From Patescibacteria group bacterium (GTDB taxonomy: Bacteria > Patescibacteriota > Minisyncoccia > Phycocordibacterales > JACOZG01), in assembly GCA_034658935.1 (NCBI GenBank), contig JAYEGE010000006.1, forward strand, positions 24,912 through 88,911: DNA of 64,000 bases, given 5' to 3'. A program made the translations under genes and the position numbers. This document shows, in pieces, positions 18,596 to 28,440 of this stretch (positions within the stretch are counted from its first letter, which is position 1; the number at the start of each line of letters is the position of its first letter). The notes beneath the pieces are model-generated. The model had not been told where the DNA came from. It did no database searches and saw nothing but the letters and a program-made list of their open reading frames with translations.

Positions 18596-19347
18596 TAGAA
18601 GTCGAAATTTGGTTGGTTAAATTGGATACTCAATTTAGCTGTAGTTTCCTGGAGTAATTTATCCAGAGCCTTGGCCGCGAGTCTAAGTTCGTTGCTCCCA
18701 CTCCTGCCTTCTGGGGCGATCAATGTTACTTGCCACGGCTTATTTTGGTCGAGAATGATTGGTTCGCCGTTTAGGGACCAGGAAAATTGCACTCGATGAC
18801 CGAGCACGTCGGGATGAGAGAAGAAAAATGGCTCAGCACTTAGAGTAATCTCTGGTCGAGTCAAATTGATTATGCCCGTCCTAGCCCGATGACGTGCTAG
18901 GCCGGTTGAGGGCTTGTCTTCGTAGATCATTAGACGAGGCTCAATTACTGGAATACTTGTTTCCTTACTAAGTAATTCCCCATTGGGGCTAGTGACGGTC
19001 ACTTTGATTTGGTGGGCCAAGCCTTCAGCCCCAGTGGTGAAGGTCATTTGGCGCTCACCTGCCCCAGAAACACTGCTTATTCTCCGGCCGTCCTTTTCCC
19101 ACTTGAATAACAAATCATTATGGCTGATTTGGTTACCCTGACTATTGTAGAATTCAGTATCAGCCACAATGATGACCTTGCTTTTGGTGCTGGCGGCACT
19201 ATGACCACGATAAAGGGGTGGTGTGTAAGTCTCAGCCTCCCAAAGCAGGTCTACTCTATTAGTAGTTTGGGCAGTGGCTAGTCCGCAACTTAGGGTAACC
19301 CCTAGGGCTAAGACGAGTGTTAGAATAATATTGAAACGATAACTCAT
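18595..19347 (-). CDS. hypothetical secreted protein
   Basis: 250 aa with signal peptide MSYRFNIILTLVLALGVTLSCGLATA; no known motifs. Confidence 0.55.
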   Translation of the reverse strand: MSYRFNIILTLVLALGVTLSCGLATAQTTNRVDLLWEAETYTPPLYRGHSAASTKSKVIIVADTEFYNSQGNQISHNDLLFKWEKDGRRISSVSGAGERQMTFTTGAEGLAHQIKVTVTSPNGELLSKETSIPVIEPRLMIYEDKPSTGLARHRARTGIINLTRPEITLSAEPFFFSHPDVLGHRVQFSWSLNGEPIILDQNKPWQVTLIAPEGRSGSNELRLAAKALDKLLQETTAKLSIQFNQPNFDF

Positions 19348-19851
19348 TTATTTCTTGGCCAGCTTCTTAGTTGGCAATTTGATGCCCGATTTCTCTTCAA
19401 ATCTTACTATAACTATAGTGATAATCATAGCGAGCGTGAGTGATGGTATGACGCTTACAGCCGGTATTACCTCAATGATCAAACTAATGATTGGCGCCGC
19501 TAATCGGCGCATATTCAAGAGACCAACTCCTAAGATATATAACCAGAGGCCGAAGATTATCCAGGCGGTCGGGGCAACAATTATATTTACTATTGGGATC
19601 AGGCTAATAAGATCGAGGACAAGGGCAACCACGATCAAGAATGCGGCTGATAGCCAACTAATTTTGGGTGCGGCTTGAGATTCTCCAGCCCCTTTCTTTG
19701 CTGCCGGAGCTCCCTTTTTGGCCAGTCTGCCTCCCTGCTTTAGCCGACCAACTGGTCTTCCGCCAGCCGGACCCGGCCTCTCTGGAGCCTGTTTAGCTCT
19801 CCTATTAAGCACTTGGGCTACTTCGCCTCCGACTTTAGGTGATGGATCCAT
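19348..19851 (-). CDS. hypothetical polytopic membrane protein
   Basis: 167 aa with a basic N-terminal region and 3-4 predicted TM helices, next to the VirB4-like ATPase. Confidence 0.5.
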   Translation of the reverse strand: MDPSPKVGGEVAQVLNRRAKQAPERPGPAGGRPVGRLKQGGRLAKKGAPAAKKGAGESQAAPKISWLSAAFLIVVALVLDLISLIPIVNIIVAPTAWIIFGLWLYILGVGLLNMRRLAAPIISLIIEVIPAVSVIPSLTLAMIITIVIVRFEEKSGIKLPTKKLAKK

Positions 19852-19863
19852 ACGATTTTATGT

Positions 19864-21684
19864 CTATTTCTCGGTCCCTTCTTCCAGCTCTTGCTTGGCC
19901 TTCTTGATTGCCAGGAGTTGAGAAGGATCAGAAGTGATGATTTGGTCTTCGGTATAGGAGGCGATGATCTTGATGGCCACGTGCTTGAGGCCGGCGAAGA
20001 AGATGCCCTCCCCTACTCCTGACTCTAATAGTAGGTATTTCTCCTCGTCGGTTAATTGGAAAGTTCTTTGAACTACATCAATCGAGGCCGGCGATTGTTT
20101 GAGTAGAAGTTGCATAGAGGAATTGGTGATAATCGGCAAGCCATATTCAGATTTTAAGAAGTCGCTAATATCTTGGGTGATTGTGGAGACGCCAAGAAAA
20201 TATTTACGACCACGTTTAACTAGAGAGAAAAGGAATGAAGCGGTGTCGGGTGATTTCATCATCCACCAAGCCTCGTCGATTATTAGGAGTCGTTTCTTTA
20301 GATTACGCCTAATCGAGTTCCAAATATTATGCATTACAATATACATGGCAACGGGTTTGAGCTCATCCTCCATATCGCGAACCGAGAAGACAACGAACTT
20401 CTTATTGATGTCTACATTGGTTGGCTTGTTGATGAAACCTGCCCAGGTGCCGCGGGTGTACTTCAATAATCTTTGAGCTAAAGATTCTCCACCCTCCATT
20501 CCCACTAGGACTAACTCTAGGTCAGAGAGAAGTGGGGCTGGTTTGTTGGTGAAATCAGAGTCGGCGGTGATGTCTTTGAGGGCGTAAGTTTCAGTAATGG
20601 CGCTGTCGATGATGGCATCCTCCTCAGGCGTGAGGCCACCAAGCATTAATCTAAAGAGTCCGACTAGATTGATGATGTTGGAGCGCAATACGTCGGCCGG
20701 CGACTCGTCTTCGCGGGGGAAAGGTAGGTCGAAAGGATTGATGTGGTGTTCACTTGTTAAAGAGATATTGAAATAGCGTCCGCCCACTGCTTTAGCCAAG
20801 AATTCATACTCTCGTTCGGGATCAATAACGATGATGTCGGAGCCAAACATCAGGCTCCGCAAGATTTCTAATTTAGTAGCGTAAGACTTGCCAGAACCAG
20901 ATTGGGCAAATACTACTGAGTTGTAGTTTTCTAGGCTGAAGCGGTCAAAAAGGACCAAGGAGGAGTTGTGGCGATTGATACCATGGAGGATGCCTTTATT
21001 TGAAGTAAGGTCGAAGGAGACGAAGGGGAAAATGGAGGATAGAGGAGTAGAATTAAGCTTATAATTAACTCCTAATAGGTCGGTGGCTATTGGTAGGACA
21101 CTCTTGAAGCCCTCGGCTTGCTGGAAGAGGGCGGGCTTAATATAGACCAATTTAGCGTCTAGAATGCCCTTAATCTCATTCTCGATACGATCGAGCTCGT
21201 CTGCGCTGTCGCCATAGATGGTGACGTAAACACCAACGTCGAAAATTTTTTCTCGGGCTTGTTGGAGACTGTCACGTAGAGCCTCGATGTCAGCATAGGC
21301 GGTATCAAGAATCGGGTCGCGGACTAGACCCTTCTTTTCTTTAATATTGATTTGGCTTTGTACCTCAGCCACTTTCTTCTCTAATTGCCTTAAAGCTAAG
21401 GCGGAATTGATTGGGTGAATAAGGATGGAGACGTCGAAAATCTTGTCGAGATTGATCACTGGCGAGAACCAGTCTCCACTTAGGAAGCGTGGATAGGAGA
21501 TAATATAGAAGGTGCGGGCTATTTTATCGCCCAAATTAAGCATTCGTGGCGTAACCCGTAATGCCGATGGAGCGATAATATCGCGGAATTCTAACACCCC
21601 CATTTGGTAGATGTCTTGAGGGTAAACAGGTGTTGTCACCGCTTCCTCCTTATCTTTTTTTCCTAATAAGCCAAATAAAGCCAT
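19864..21684 (-). CDS. VirB4/TraE-like type IV secretion ATPase (main part)
   Basis: 606 aa with Walker A SGSGKSY, Walker B IIDEAWW, and an N-terminal region ARTFYIISYPRFLSGDWFSPVINL typical of VirB4 homologues from Gram-positive conjugation systems. Confidence 0.85.
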   Translation of the reverse strand: MALFGLLGKKDKEEAVTTPVYPQDIYQMGVLEFRDIIAPSALRVTPRMLNLGDKIARTFYIISYPRFLSGDWFSPVINLDKIFDVSILIHPINSALALRQLEKKVAEVQSQINIKEKKGLVRDPILDTAYADIEALRDSLQQAREKIFDVGVYVTIYGDSADELDRIENEIKGILDAKLVYIKPALFQQAEGFKSVLPIATDLLGVNYKLNSTPLSSIFPFVSFDLTSNKGILHGINRHNSSLVLFDRFSLENYNSVVFAQSGSGKSYATKLEILRSLMFGSDIIVIDPEREYEFLAKAVGGRYFNISLTSEHHINPFDLPFPREDESPADVLRSNIINLVGLFRLMLGGLTPEEDAIIDSAITETYALKDITADSDFTNKPAPLLSDLELVLVGMEGGESLAQRLLKYTRGTWAGFINKPTNVDINKKFVVFSVRDMEDELKPVAMYIVMHNIWNSIRRNLKKRLLIIDEAWWMMKSPDTASFLFSLVKRGRKYFLGVSTITQDISDFLKSEYGLPIITNSSMQLLLKQSPASIDVVQRTFQLTDEEKYLLLESGVGEGIFFAGLKHVAIKIIASYTEDQIITSDPSQLLAIKKAKQELEEGTEK

Positions 21685-21686
21685 AA

Positions 21687-22349
21687 TTAAATTGATGGTA
21701 CTTCTGATTCTCCCGGATTAAAGATTTTGAAATAAACCTCAACCAATTCTTCGGTACCCAATTGGACTGTCCGTAGGCCCATACTACCAAAGCCCTGTTC
21801 GACAACTGCACTACGTTGCTCAAGCTGCATTCGACGTTCTTCGAAGTCCTTACTCTGCTCGCTGTCAGCCCCCTCTTTCTTCTTAGTTGGTAAGATCCAA
21901 CTGATTATTCCTTTGCGGCCCCCGCCTTCCCCAATGATCGGTGGGCTATAAGGGATAACCACGAAGAAACTCTTAGACATGATCTCTGTTGACTCGGTAA
22001 ATTTACGGATAAACTCGATATACTCTCGAGTCTGGATCTTCATTAGGTCATTAGTTTGTTCAGTCAAGCGCTCCTCTAAGGTCCGTAGATAAGGACGGAT
22101 ATCAAGGCGGCGCGACTGGACAAAAATTTGCAGGCTGAAGTCTAGGGAGTTAAGGAAATTTTGGAATTGCAACAAGATGGCGGTTTGCTCGTCCGTTGAT
22201 TTTAGAGCGAAGTTGATTGAGGAGACCATTAAGAGCATTCGTAGGGAACCGTCCTTCAAGATAACAACGCCATCGCGGATTTCTTTGATGGGTACGAAAT
22301 CTTGTGCCGCTCTCGCTGGTTTACCTGATTTAATAGTGCTATCAGCCAT
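21687..22349 (-). CDS. VirB4 N-terminal-domain-like protein (separate ORF)
   Basis: 220 aa. DFVPIKEIRDGVVILKDGSLRMLLMVSSINFALKSTDEQ resembles the N-terminus of conjugative VirB4-family ATPases. Its stop lies 2 nt before the ATG of the 606-aa ATPase. Confidence 0.55.
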   Translation of the reverse strand: MADSTIKSGKPARAAQDFVPIKEIRDGVVILKDGSLRMLLMVSSINFALKSTDEQTAILLQFQNFLNSLDFSLQIFVQSRRLDIRPYLRTLEERLTEQTNDLMKIQTREYIEFIRKFTESTEIMSKSFFVVIPYSPPIIGEGGGRKGIISWILPTKKKEGADSEQSKDFEERRMQLEQRSAVVEQGFGSMGLRTVQLGTEELVEVYFKIFNPGESEVPSI

Positions 22350-22386
22350 GCTTTTTATTTTAGCATCTTTTATTAGATGCCCGGTA

Positions 22387-22794
22387 TTATCTAATGGTTT
22401 CTTTAACGTCTAGGCTCCAGGCTAGGTCCTTCAATTTGCTTTGTGAGAGACGAGGGACTTGGACTCCTTTTTTAGTTGAGTCTGCTTGCTCGGCCTCAGT
22501 ATTGGTCTCAGGCGCTTGGTGGCGCCAGATGAATAGCTTGCCCGACATAAAGTAACGGAGGGCCGACTCCATTACTAAGATGAAGGATCTATTGTTGATC
22601 CTATAGAAGGCTAAGGCTAGGGCCAGAGCGGCGATTGGTGCCATTAATATAATAGCTAGTGGTTTGAAAGATATCAGGGACCAGATAAGGAAGCATGTTC
22701 CTCCTCCACCGGCCAGGTAGGCAAATTGTTTGAAGGTTAGGGGGCCGAAAATTTTGTCTTCGACCTCAATAAATTGTGGTACCTGGAAATTCAT
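22387..22794 (-). CDS. PrgI/VirB3-like small membrane protein
   Basis: 135 aa. MNFQVPQFIEVEDKIFGPLTFKQFAYLAGGGG followed by two TM helices matches the PrgI-family (VirB3 analogue) pattern. Confidence 0.6.
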   Translation of the reverse strand: MNFQVPQFIEVEDKIFGPLTFKQFAYLAGGGGTCFLIWSLISFKPLAIILMAPIAALALALAFYRINNRSFILVMESALRYFMSGKLFIWRHQAPETNTEAEQADSTKKGVQVPRLSQSKLKDLAWSLDVKETIR

Positions 22795-22795
22795 T

Positions 22796-23674
22796 TTAAT
22801 TGGTTGGTTCTCTATAGGGATCTACGTGTTTGGGCGCAGTATCGACTGGTAGAGATTCAATCGGGGAACCAAAGTTCTTTTTAGTGGCGATCTCCACTCG
22901 CGGTAATTTATAATGACCGCCTAATTTTTGTTCAAACATATTGGGCTGACCGGCCTCGCCACTCGGTGCGGTCTTTTTTGCTCCACCTTCGGGGGCGACG
23001 GGTAGGTTGTTTGGTGGCGCGGCCGTGCTTAGCTCACTTAAGTCGGGTTTCTCAACGTCGCGCATAGCTATCCGTATGGGGAGGAAGATCTGCTTATTAA
23101 TTTCTTCGCTGATCTTAGTTGCTGTTTCCATATCTATGCCTAAACTAGTCTGCAATTGCTTAGGGAATTGGGTGGCGGTAGTTTGCCCAAGAATAACTTT
23201 GGTAGCTTCTTCGTTTAATTTCCCCATCTGATCGATATGGAGATTGTGTTGTTGGGCGATGAACATTGTCTTTGCCTCGGTATCCATGGAAGATAGTACC
23301 TCGCGAATACTCGTAGGCAAGGTAGAGTAACGGTCGTTGATTTTCTGCTCTCGAGCCTGTTGTTCAGTGTTGAGCTTTAGGATTGTTTCTTCAACATCTC
23401 GGAAGACTCTCTCTCGGACGCCGTTTATTAGTTGATCGGTAGTTGGTAAATTAATTGCCTTCTTGATATTGCTACCGAAATCATTTAGTTCTTCTAAACC
23501 AAAGAGAACTAGAGCGACCTCTATCTTTAGATCGTGTATTTGCCCACTATCTAATTGGTATCGGCGACCGATTTCAATTAGCTTATCTTCCCAATTATCA
23601 TGCCGAATAAAGTCCTGCAGGCGTGAAGGCAGGTATGGAAGCTCGGCAGCAAATTGTTTGATTATTTCATCCAT
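22796..23674 (-). CDS. hypothetical protein
   Basis: 292 aa, largely alpha-helical and charged, with a Pro-rich C-terminal region; located within the T4SS-like cluster. Confidence 0.5.
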   Translation of the reverse strand: MDEIIKQFAAELPYLPSRLQDFIRHDNWEDKLIEIGRRYQLDSGQIHDLKIEVALVLFGLEELNDFGSNIKKAINLPTTDQLINGVRERVFRDVEETILKLNTEQQAREQKINDRYSTLPTSIREVLSSMDTEAKTMFIAQQHNLHIDQMGKLNEEATKVILGQTTATQFPKQLQTSLGIDMETATKISEEINKQIFLPIRIAMRDVEKPDLSELSTAAPPNNLPVAPEGGAKKTAPSGEAGQPNMFEQKLGGHYKLPRVEIATKKNFGSPIESLPVDTAPKHVDPYREPTN

Positions 23675-23684
23675 AGTATTTTAA

Positions 23685-26051
23685 TTATGACGCCTCACCA
23701 CCTGCAGGCGCTCTCCCTTCTCCACCTTCGCTACTACCTCCACTGGTCCTGTCGCTCTTTTCTTGACCCTTCTTGAAATCCGACAATAATTTGGCCATTT
23801 TCTTCGCCTCTTTGTTTCCCTTGGATTCTCTAGCGTCGTCTCTGACTTTCTTCGCCATGGCTTTGCGCGTTTTCTTGGTATTAAAGGTTGCTAAGGTATA
23901 GAGGAGGCCCCCCTCTTCCAGCCTCTTGGCGTATGCCTCCTTACGCTCTATCCGCGCCTTTGTTGGGGCCTCTTCCGCCTCTTTTTTGGCGGTTTTTAAT
24001 TTAGCCTCGGCTTGTCGGACGCGCTCCTCATAGTTGCCAATTGTATTTCGTGCTTGTCTTGCTTTGACGGTCGAGGAATTTGGATTAGTGGCGAATTCCT
24101 CGATTCTCTCTAGATCGGCTTTCCTAGCAGTAACTTCACGTGCCGCCTCCTCTCGCCTCTGTACAGCCGCCGTGGTGGCCGCTTCCATTGCGGCTTTGTC
24201 CTTATCGCCCAGGACTTCATCACTGAATTTCTGTGCCTTCTCAGCCTTTTTCTTGACGCCCCCAGTATAACCACCCTTGCCTCCGGCTTTGCCTAGGTCC
24301 AGCCCAGTATGCTTACCTGCCGCTTTACCAAGTTTGCCGCCGAGTTTAGTGGCTCGAACATCGAAGCTGGCACCCGATGTTTTCTTAGAGACCTTAAGAG
24401 TTTGTCTCGCAGCCCAACCACCAAAGCCTCCCTGCTCCTCTCTCCTCTTGAGTCTATCTGAGTCACTCAATCTGGTAGCTACTCGGCCGATGGTGTTGCG
24501 TCCAGCAAGGGCCGCGCCACCAAGTACTGCTGCTCCAGTAGCGACCCCCGCTACTTTCATGGCGGAACCAGCAGTTGCCCCACCAAGTTTTTTGGCGGCT
24601 ATGAGAGATCCGAACATAAAGCCGATGATTAATAATTGGTAGACAATTTGGTTTACCCAACCACCATCGGCTCCGACAGCGGTCCTTGTTGTTGGACCCA
24701 GTAATTCAAAGGTTACGAAGATAAAGAACAAAAAGAAGGGGGCCAAGAAGGCTTCGCTGAGTAATTTGCGTAGCCACTTATCCCAATGTTTTCGCATTTC
24801 AGGTATAGCGTAAGCGGCGAAGGCCGCAGGAGAAAGGATCATCAAGACTATTAGGGTTATCGCCCTGATGAGAAGAATCACTGCTCCGGCTATTAGGACG
24901 AAGGTCGCGAGTAGTATTAGGACAAAGGCTCCAGCAAAATTTATGACAACCTGTTTGAACGATAATTGAGTTTTTTCCTCGGGAGCAGATGCGTTAGTCT
25001 GATCTTTTGGTGTAAATGCGTTATCAAGCTTCAGGCGATTGTAAAATTCCCCGGAGATGCCCCATTCAGTGACGCCCTCACTGGTTTTACTGACTCGGTC
25101 ATAAAATTGAACAGCTAAGATATTGGAGACGTCGATTATTACTCTGGTGAAAAACAAGCTGAAATTGATCAGCAGGGCAATCAAGACGACATTCTTTATT
25201 AGCCCCCCACTTTCCCCCTCTTTTACCTGCAGGATGGTGCGGATGGCAACGAAGAGGAGGATAAATATAAAGACGACATTTGCTAGGTTTCTTAACACAC
25301 TCCATACTGCTCGGATTGCCGGGATGTTGCCTAACCCCACAGAGCCCTCAGCAGCAGCTCCAGTGACCCCATTAGAGGAGGCATTAGCTCCAAAGTCTCT
25401 GATTGTAACGTCTAGTATGATGTCGAAGGCTTTGCCAGCCAGCCACATTAACCAGCTGAGTATCCAAAGTATCCAGTTCAGGGTGGCTGCCAAGAGATCG
25501 ATAGCACATTGCCCGAGATTGCTAAGACCACATTTTCCACCTCCCGATTCTTCTCCTGTTCCCCTAATCGCTTTTTGTTTTTGGTTAAGGCGCCCGTTGA
25601 CTAGCTTGTCTCTTAGGTCGTTAGCAGTACCAGTTTGTCTTTCTATAAAACCTGGTGCACTATTTGGGTCTTCGAAGAGAGATCCCGGGAATTTGGTCGC
25701 CTGAGTTATCCGGGCCATAGTGGCGTTGAGCTGATGTCTGAAACGTTCGGGATTGCCAACAGGGAGCTCATTGTTTTGGCTCATTTGTTCTTGCGCGTAA
25801 TCATTCAGTTGTCGCGCACTCATTTCATCTAGTGTCTGTTGCGTATCGCGGTCTTCGGTCGCTATTTGGTTGTCAGTCTCTACCTCAGCCAAATTATCTT
25901 CTGCGGCGTAAGGGTCACCAGGCTCATAGAATTGACCTCTGGCCAATTGAGGATGAGCGAGGAAAGAAGATGCGACCAACAGACACAAACAAATAAAAAT
26001 TAACCCTATTGATCTGCCCCCCGCGTTTCTATTTTCTGGAGAATCCGCCAT
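23685..26051 (-). CDS. VirB6/TrbL-like polytopic membrane protein with long Lys/Ala/Gly-rich C-terminal tail
   Basis: 788 aa with a signal peptide, an extracellular region, about 6 TM helices, then a roughly 300-aa basic low-complexity tail (KK, GGK, AAK repeats). Confidence 0.6.
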   Translation of the reverse strand: MADSPENRNAGGRSIGLIFICLCLLVASSFLAHPQLARGQFYEPGDPYAAEDNLAEVETDNQIATEDRDTQQTLDEMSARQLNDYAQEQMSQNNELPVGNPERFRHQLNATMARITQATKFPGSLFEDPNSAPGFIERQTGTANDLRDKLVNGRLNQKQKAIRGTGEESGGGKCGLSNLGQCAIDLLAATLNWILWILSWLMWLAGKAFDIILDVTIRDFGANASSNGVTGAAAEGSVGLGNIPAIRAVWSVLRNLANVVFIFILLFVAIRTILQVKEGESGGLIKNVVLIALLINFSLFFTRVIIDVSNILAVQFYDRVSKTSEGVTEWGISGEFYNRLKLDNAFTPKDQTNASAPEEKTQLSFKQVVINFAGAFVLILLATFVLIAGAVILLIRAITLIVLMILSPAAFAAYAIPEMRKHWDKWLRKLLSEAFLAPFFLFFIFVTFELLGPTTRTAVGADGGWVNQIVYQLLIIGFMFGSLIAAKKLGGATAGSAMKVAGVATGAAVLGGAALAGRNTIGRVATRLSDSDRLKRREEQGGFGGWAARQTLKVSKKTSGASFDVRATKLGGKLGKAAGKHTGLDLGKAGGKGGYTGGVKKKAEKAQKFSDEVLGDKDKAAMEAATTAAVQRREEAAREVTARKADLERIEEFATNPNSSTVKARQARNTIGNYEERVRQAEAKLKTAKKEAEEAPTKARIERKEAYAKRLEEGGLLYTLATFNTKKTRKAMAKKVRDDARESKGNKEAKKMAKLLSDFKKGQEKSDRTSGGSSEGGEGRAPAGGEAS

Positions 26052-26052
26052 C

Positions 26053-28440
26053 TTAATTGGTTACTGACTGAAGCAAAGTTATGATAAAGTTGATGATCGC
26101 ATTTCGTAAATTCTCTACGGCATCGGGTCCTAAATCATCTCGTAGCAGGTCTTGATTGTTGGCAACAAATTGGTCGGCAAAGTCGGGGATGGTGTGGTTT
26201 ACATCCCATTGGCTCGGAGCCCTGTCCCCTTCGAATAGGTTAGTTATGTCTTGGAAATCAATCAAATCATTGAGAGCGTCTTCTCCTCCTTGAAAGAAAT
26301 CATCGATTAAGTCGTTAAGAAAGTCGTCGAGGTTGTCGGTAAGGGTGTTACCGAAATCCGCTTGCCAACTGCTGGGCCCTTGGCTATTGGTAGTGACGTC
26401 ACTTCCCGGGAAACCTTCTCTGTCTGGGGTAGCTTCTTCGTTCTCCCAGCCGGTGTCTGGGCATGGCTCAGTGCCGGGGCAAGGGTCGCCATCTTCCATT
26501 GGGTTCTCGATCTCTTCTTCGTCGATGAAGCCAGATTCACCCAGCTTCTTATTAATCGCTTGGATTTGTTTGACTAAGTAATCAGCATTGAAGGAAGGGT
26601 CATTGATCGCCAAGTCGAGATAAGCCTTAAGGTAGGCTTGTTGCATTGCCCGCATGGTGGCAGCGTCAGTGATGATCTCTTCTCTCCGACAATGCCCGTT
26701 TTTACTAAAGTCAACACATATTTTGATTCCCAGCCAGCCTTCGTTGGCGATGAGTTCTTCCCTGATATTTTGTTCAGTTACCTCCGTCTTTTGGTCGACT
26801 TCTCGTCTGGTTAGTAGGTAGGCGGTAAATTGATTATTGCCGGCTGTTGGGTCCCAAAAGTCAATATTGTCTCGCAGGGGGTCGTCACTCTCCCCTCTCA
26901 GAAAGGCGTCTCCTCTCTCTTGCCAAGTTTCGGAGGGCCCGACCCTGTCAGCAAGGTTTTGTCGTTGCTGATTTTCTTCGAGGATATCTCTGGCGGACTG
27001 AGCAGCCAATGGGGCTTCATTTTCTATTTCCTCTAAGTCGTCAATAACTACCAGAAAAGCATTTCTAATTTCGTCTAGGACCCTACGACGAAGGTTGGTG
27101 GTATAGAGAGGTGTAGTATTGGTGCCCTCAACATCCGTTGCTGATTTGGGCAAGACATGACCTGCGTTAACTAAGGAGAAATTTTCCCCAGCCGCTTTGT
27201 TTATGCCTCGGGCTCGGTTTTTAAAAGAATCAGGTTGGAGCTTACGGAAATAATTATTAAGGGCGGTGAGTTCACCAAGGATCATGTGCAAGCGGAAACA
27301 AGATTCAGAAAGCAAGTTCTTGTGCTTGAGTTGCTCCTCATAGTCTCGGTCCTCGTTCTCGTTACTCTGCTTAGTTTGTTTGTCTATGTTGCCTAGGATT
27401 TGGTGAGTAGTTGCGTCTGAGACTGGCACGCTATTTATTCCGCCGAGCCCCCCCAGATCTCCACCGCTAAACATCCCACCAAGGAAGTCAGTTAATGTGC
27501 CGTCTGTGAAATTGCTGAGGAGGCCATCAAAGCCATCTTCGATACCAAATCCTTCGAGAATGCTACTGGCGCCCCCGAGCCCAAAATCATCGAGGAGATT
27601 GTTAAAACTGAATCCTTCCTCTCCATCTCCAAGACCAAAGCCTTCGAAGAGGTCATTGAGAAAGCCTCCGTCCTGTTCCTGCTCCTTTTCGCACTTTTTC
27701 CGGTACTGTTTCCGCATGTCCTCTAAGCTTTTTTGATCAACAGCGCCGAAATTACCGCTAGTTCCTCCCCCAAAGATGCCGCCAAGATTTCCGATAGTGG
27801 AGAGGTCGCCTAAGTCGCCTGCTCCAACGATTTCACCAACGCTTCCCAGGGTGCCGGCATTGCCGAGGATCCCGTCTGCATCTCCAAGAATATTTCCGAC
27901 GTCTGCAATACTGCTAATATCTCCGATGTCTCCAAAGTCACCGATACTAAAGTCTCCAAGGATATCCCCAAAATCTCCGAGGAAGCCACCCTCTCCAAGA
28001 GCTCCGACACTCTCAAGAATATCTCCAATATCTCCAATACTGCCGATGTCTCCCACATCTCCAATAAGATCACCGAGGTCTCCAAGGCCACTGATCTCGC
28101 CGAGGTTAATGAAGTCTCCTAGGTCTCCGATGCTATCAATACCTGTGAAGTCCCCCAGATCTCCTAGCACTCCGTCAAGATCTCCAAGGAGATTTCCCAT
28201 GTCACCAAGGTCGTTGATATCTCCCAAATCGCTGAAGATACTACTGAAGTCGTCGAAATTAAAGTCTCCAGTGTCGCCGAGATCGGTTAGAAGGTCCCCA
28301 AGATCTCCAAGACTGGTGATGTCTCCGAAATTATCGAAAGAGAATTGAGCAGAAGCGCGTTGTGGCACCAGGCTGGCCGCTGTCACCAGGAGCCCTATTG
28401 CTAACCCGCTGGTGATAAATTTTTTCAATAAGGTTTTCAT
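26053..28440 (-). CDS. hypothetical secreted Gly-Asp repeat protein
   Basis: 795 aa with signal peptide MKTLLKKFITSGLAIGLLVTAASLVPQRASA. The N-terminal roughly 230 aa consist of about 40 degenerate (L/I)GD(L/I/F)GD units, followed by an acidic non-repetitive C-terminal domain. Confidence 0.6.
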   Translation of the reverse strand: MKTLLKKFITSGLAIGLLVTAASLVPQRASAQFSFDNFGDITSLGDLGDLLTDLGDTGDFNFDDFSSIFSDLGDINDLGDMGNLLGDLDGVLGDLGDFTGIDSIGDLGDFINLGEISGLGDLGDLIGDVGDIGSIGDIGDILESVGALGEGGFLGDFGDILGDFSIGDFGDIGDISSIADVGNILGDADGILGNAGTLGSVGEIVGAGDLGDLSTIGNLGGIFGGGTSGNFGAVDQKSLEDMRKQYRKKCEKEQEQDGGFLNDLFEGFGLGDGEEGFSFNNLLDDFGLGGASSILEGFGIEDGFDGLLSNFTDGTLTDFLGGMFSGGDLGGLGGINSVPVSDATTHQILGNIDKQTKQSNENEDRDYEEQLKHKNLLSESCFRLHMILGELTALNNYFRKLQPDSFKNRARGINKAAGENFSLVNAGHVLPKSATDVEGTNTTPLYTTNLRRRVLDEIRNAFLVVIDDLEEIENEAPLAAQSARDILEENQQRQNLADRVGPSETWQERGDAFLRGESDDPLRDNIDFWDPTAGNNQFTAYLLTRREVDQKTEVTEQNIREELIANEGWLGIKICVDFSKNGHCRREEIITDAATMRAMQQAYLKAYLDLAINDPSFNADYLVKQIQAINKKLGESGFIDEEEIENPMEDGDPCPGTEPCPDTGWENEEATPDREGFPGSDVTTNSQGPSSWQADFGNTLTDNLDDFLNDLIDDFFQGGEDALNDLIDFQDITNLFEGDRAPSQWDVNHTIPDFADQFVANNQDLLRDDLGPDAVENLRNAIINFIITLLQSVTN

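Noticed and set aside
27770-28340. Short periodic nucleotide repeats that could be mistaken for a CRISPR-like array
   Set aside because: Units are about 18 bp, imperfect, contiguous without spacers, and lie in-frame within a signal-peptide-bearing CDS. They are coding tandem repeats, not CRISPR.
27776-28348. 190-aa plus-strand ORF with striking SPRSP/SPKSP repeats
   Set aside because: It is the antisense translation of the in-frame GD-repeat region of the 795-aa minus-strand gene. It has no independent start context and lies entirely inside the better-supported gene.
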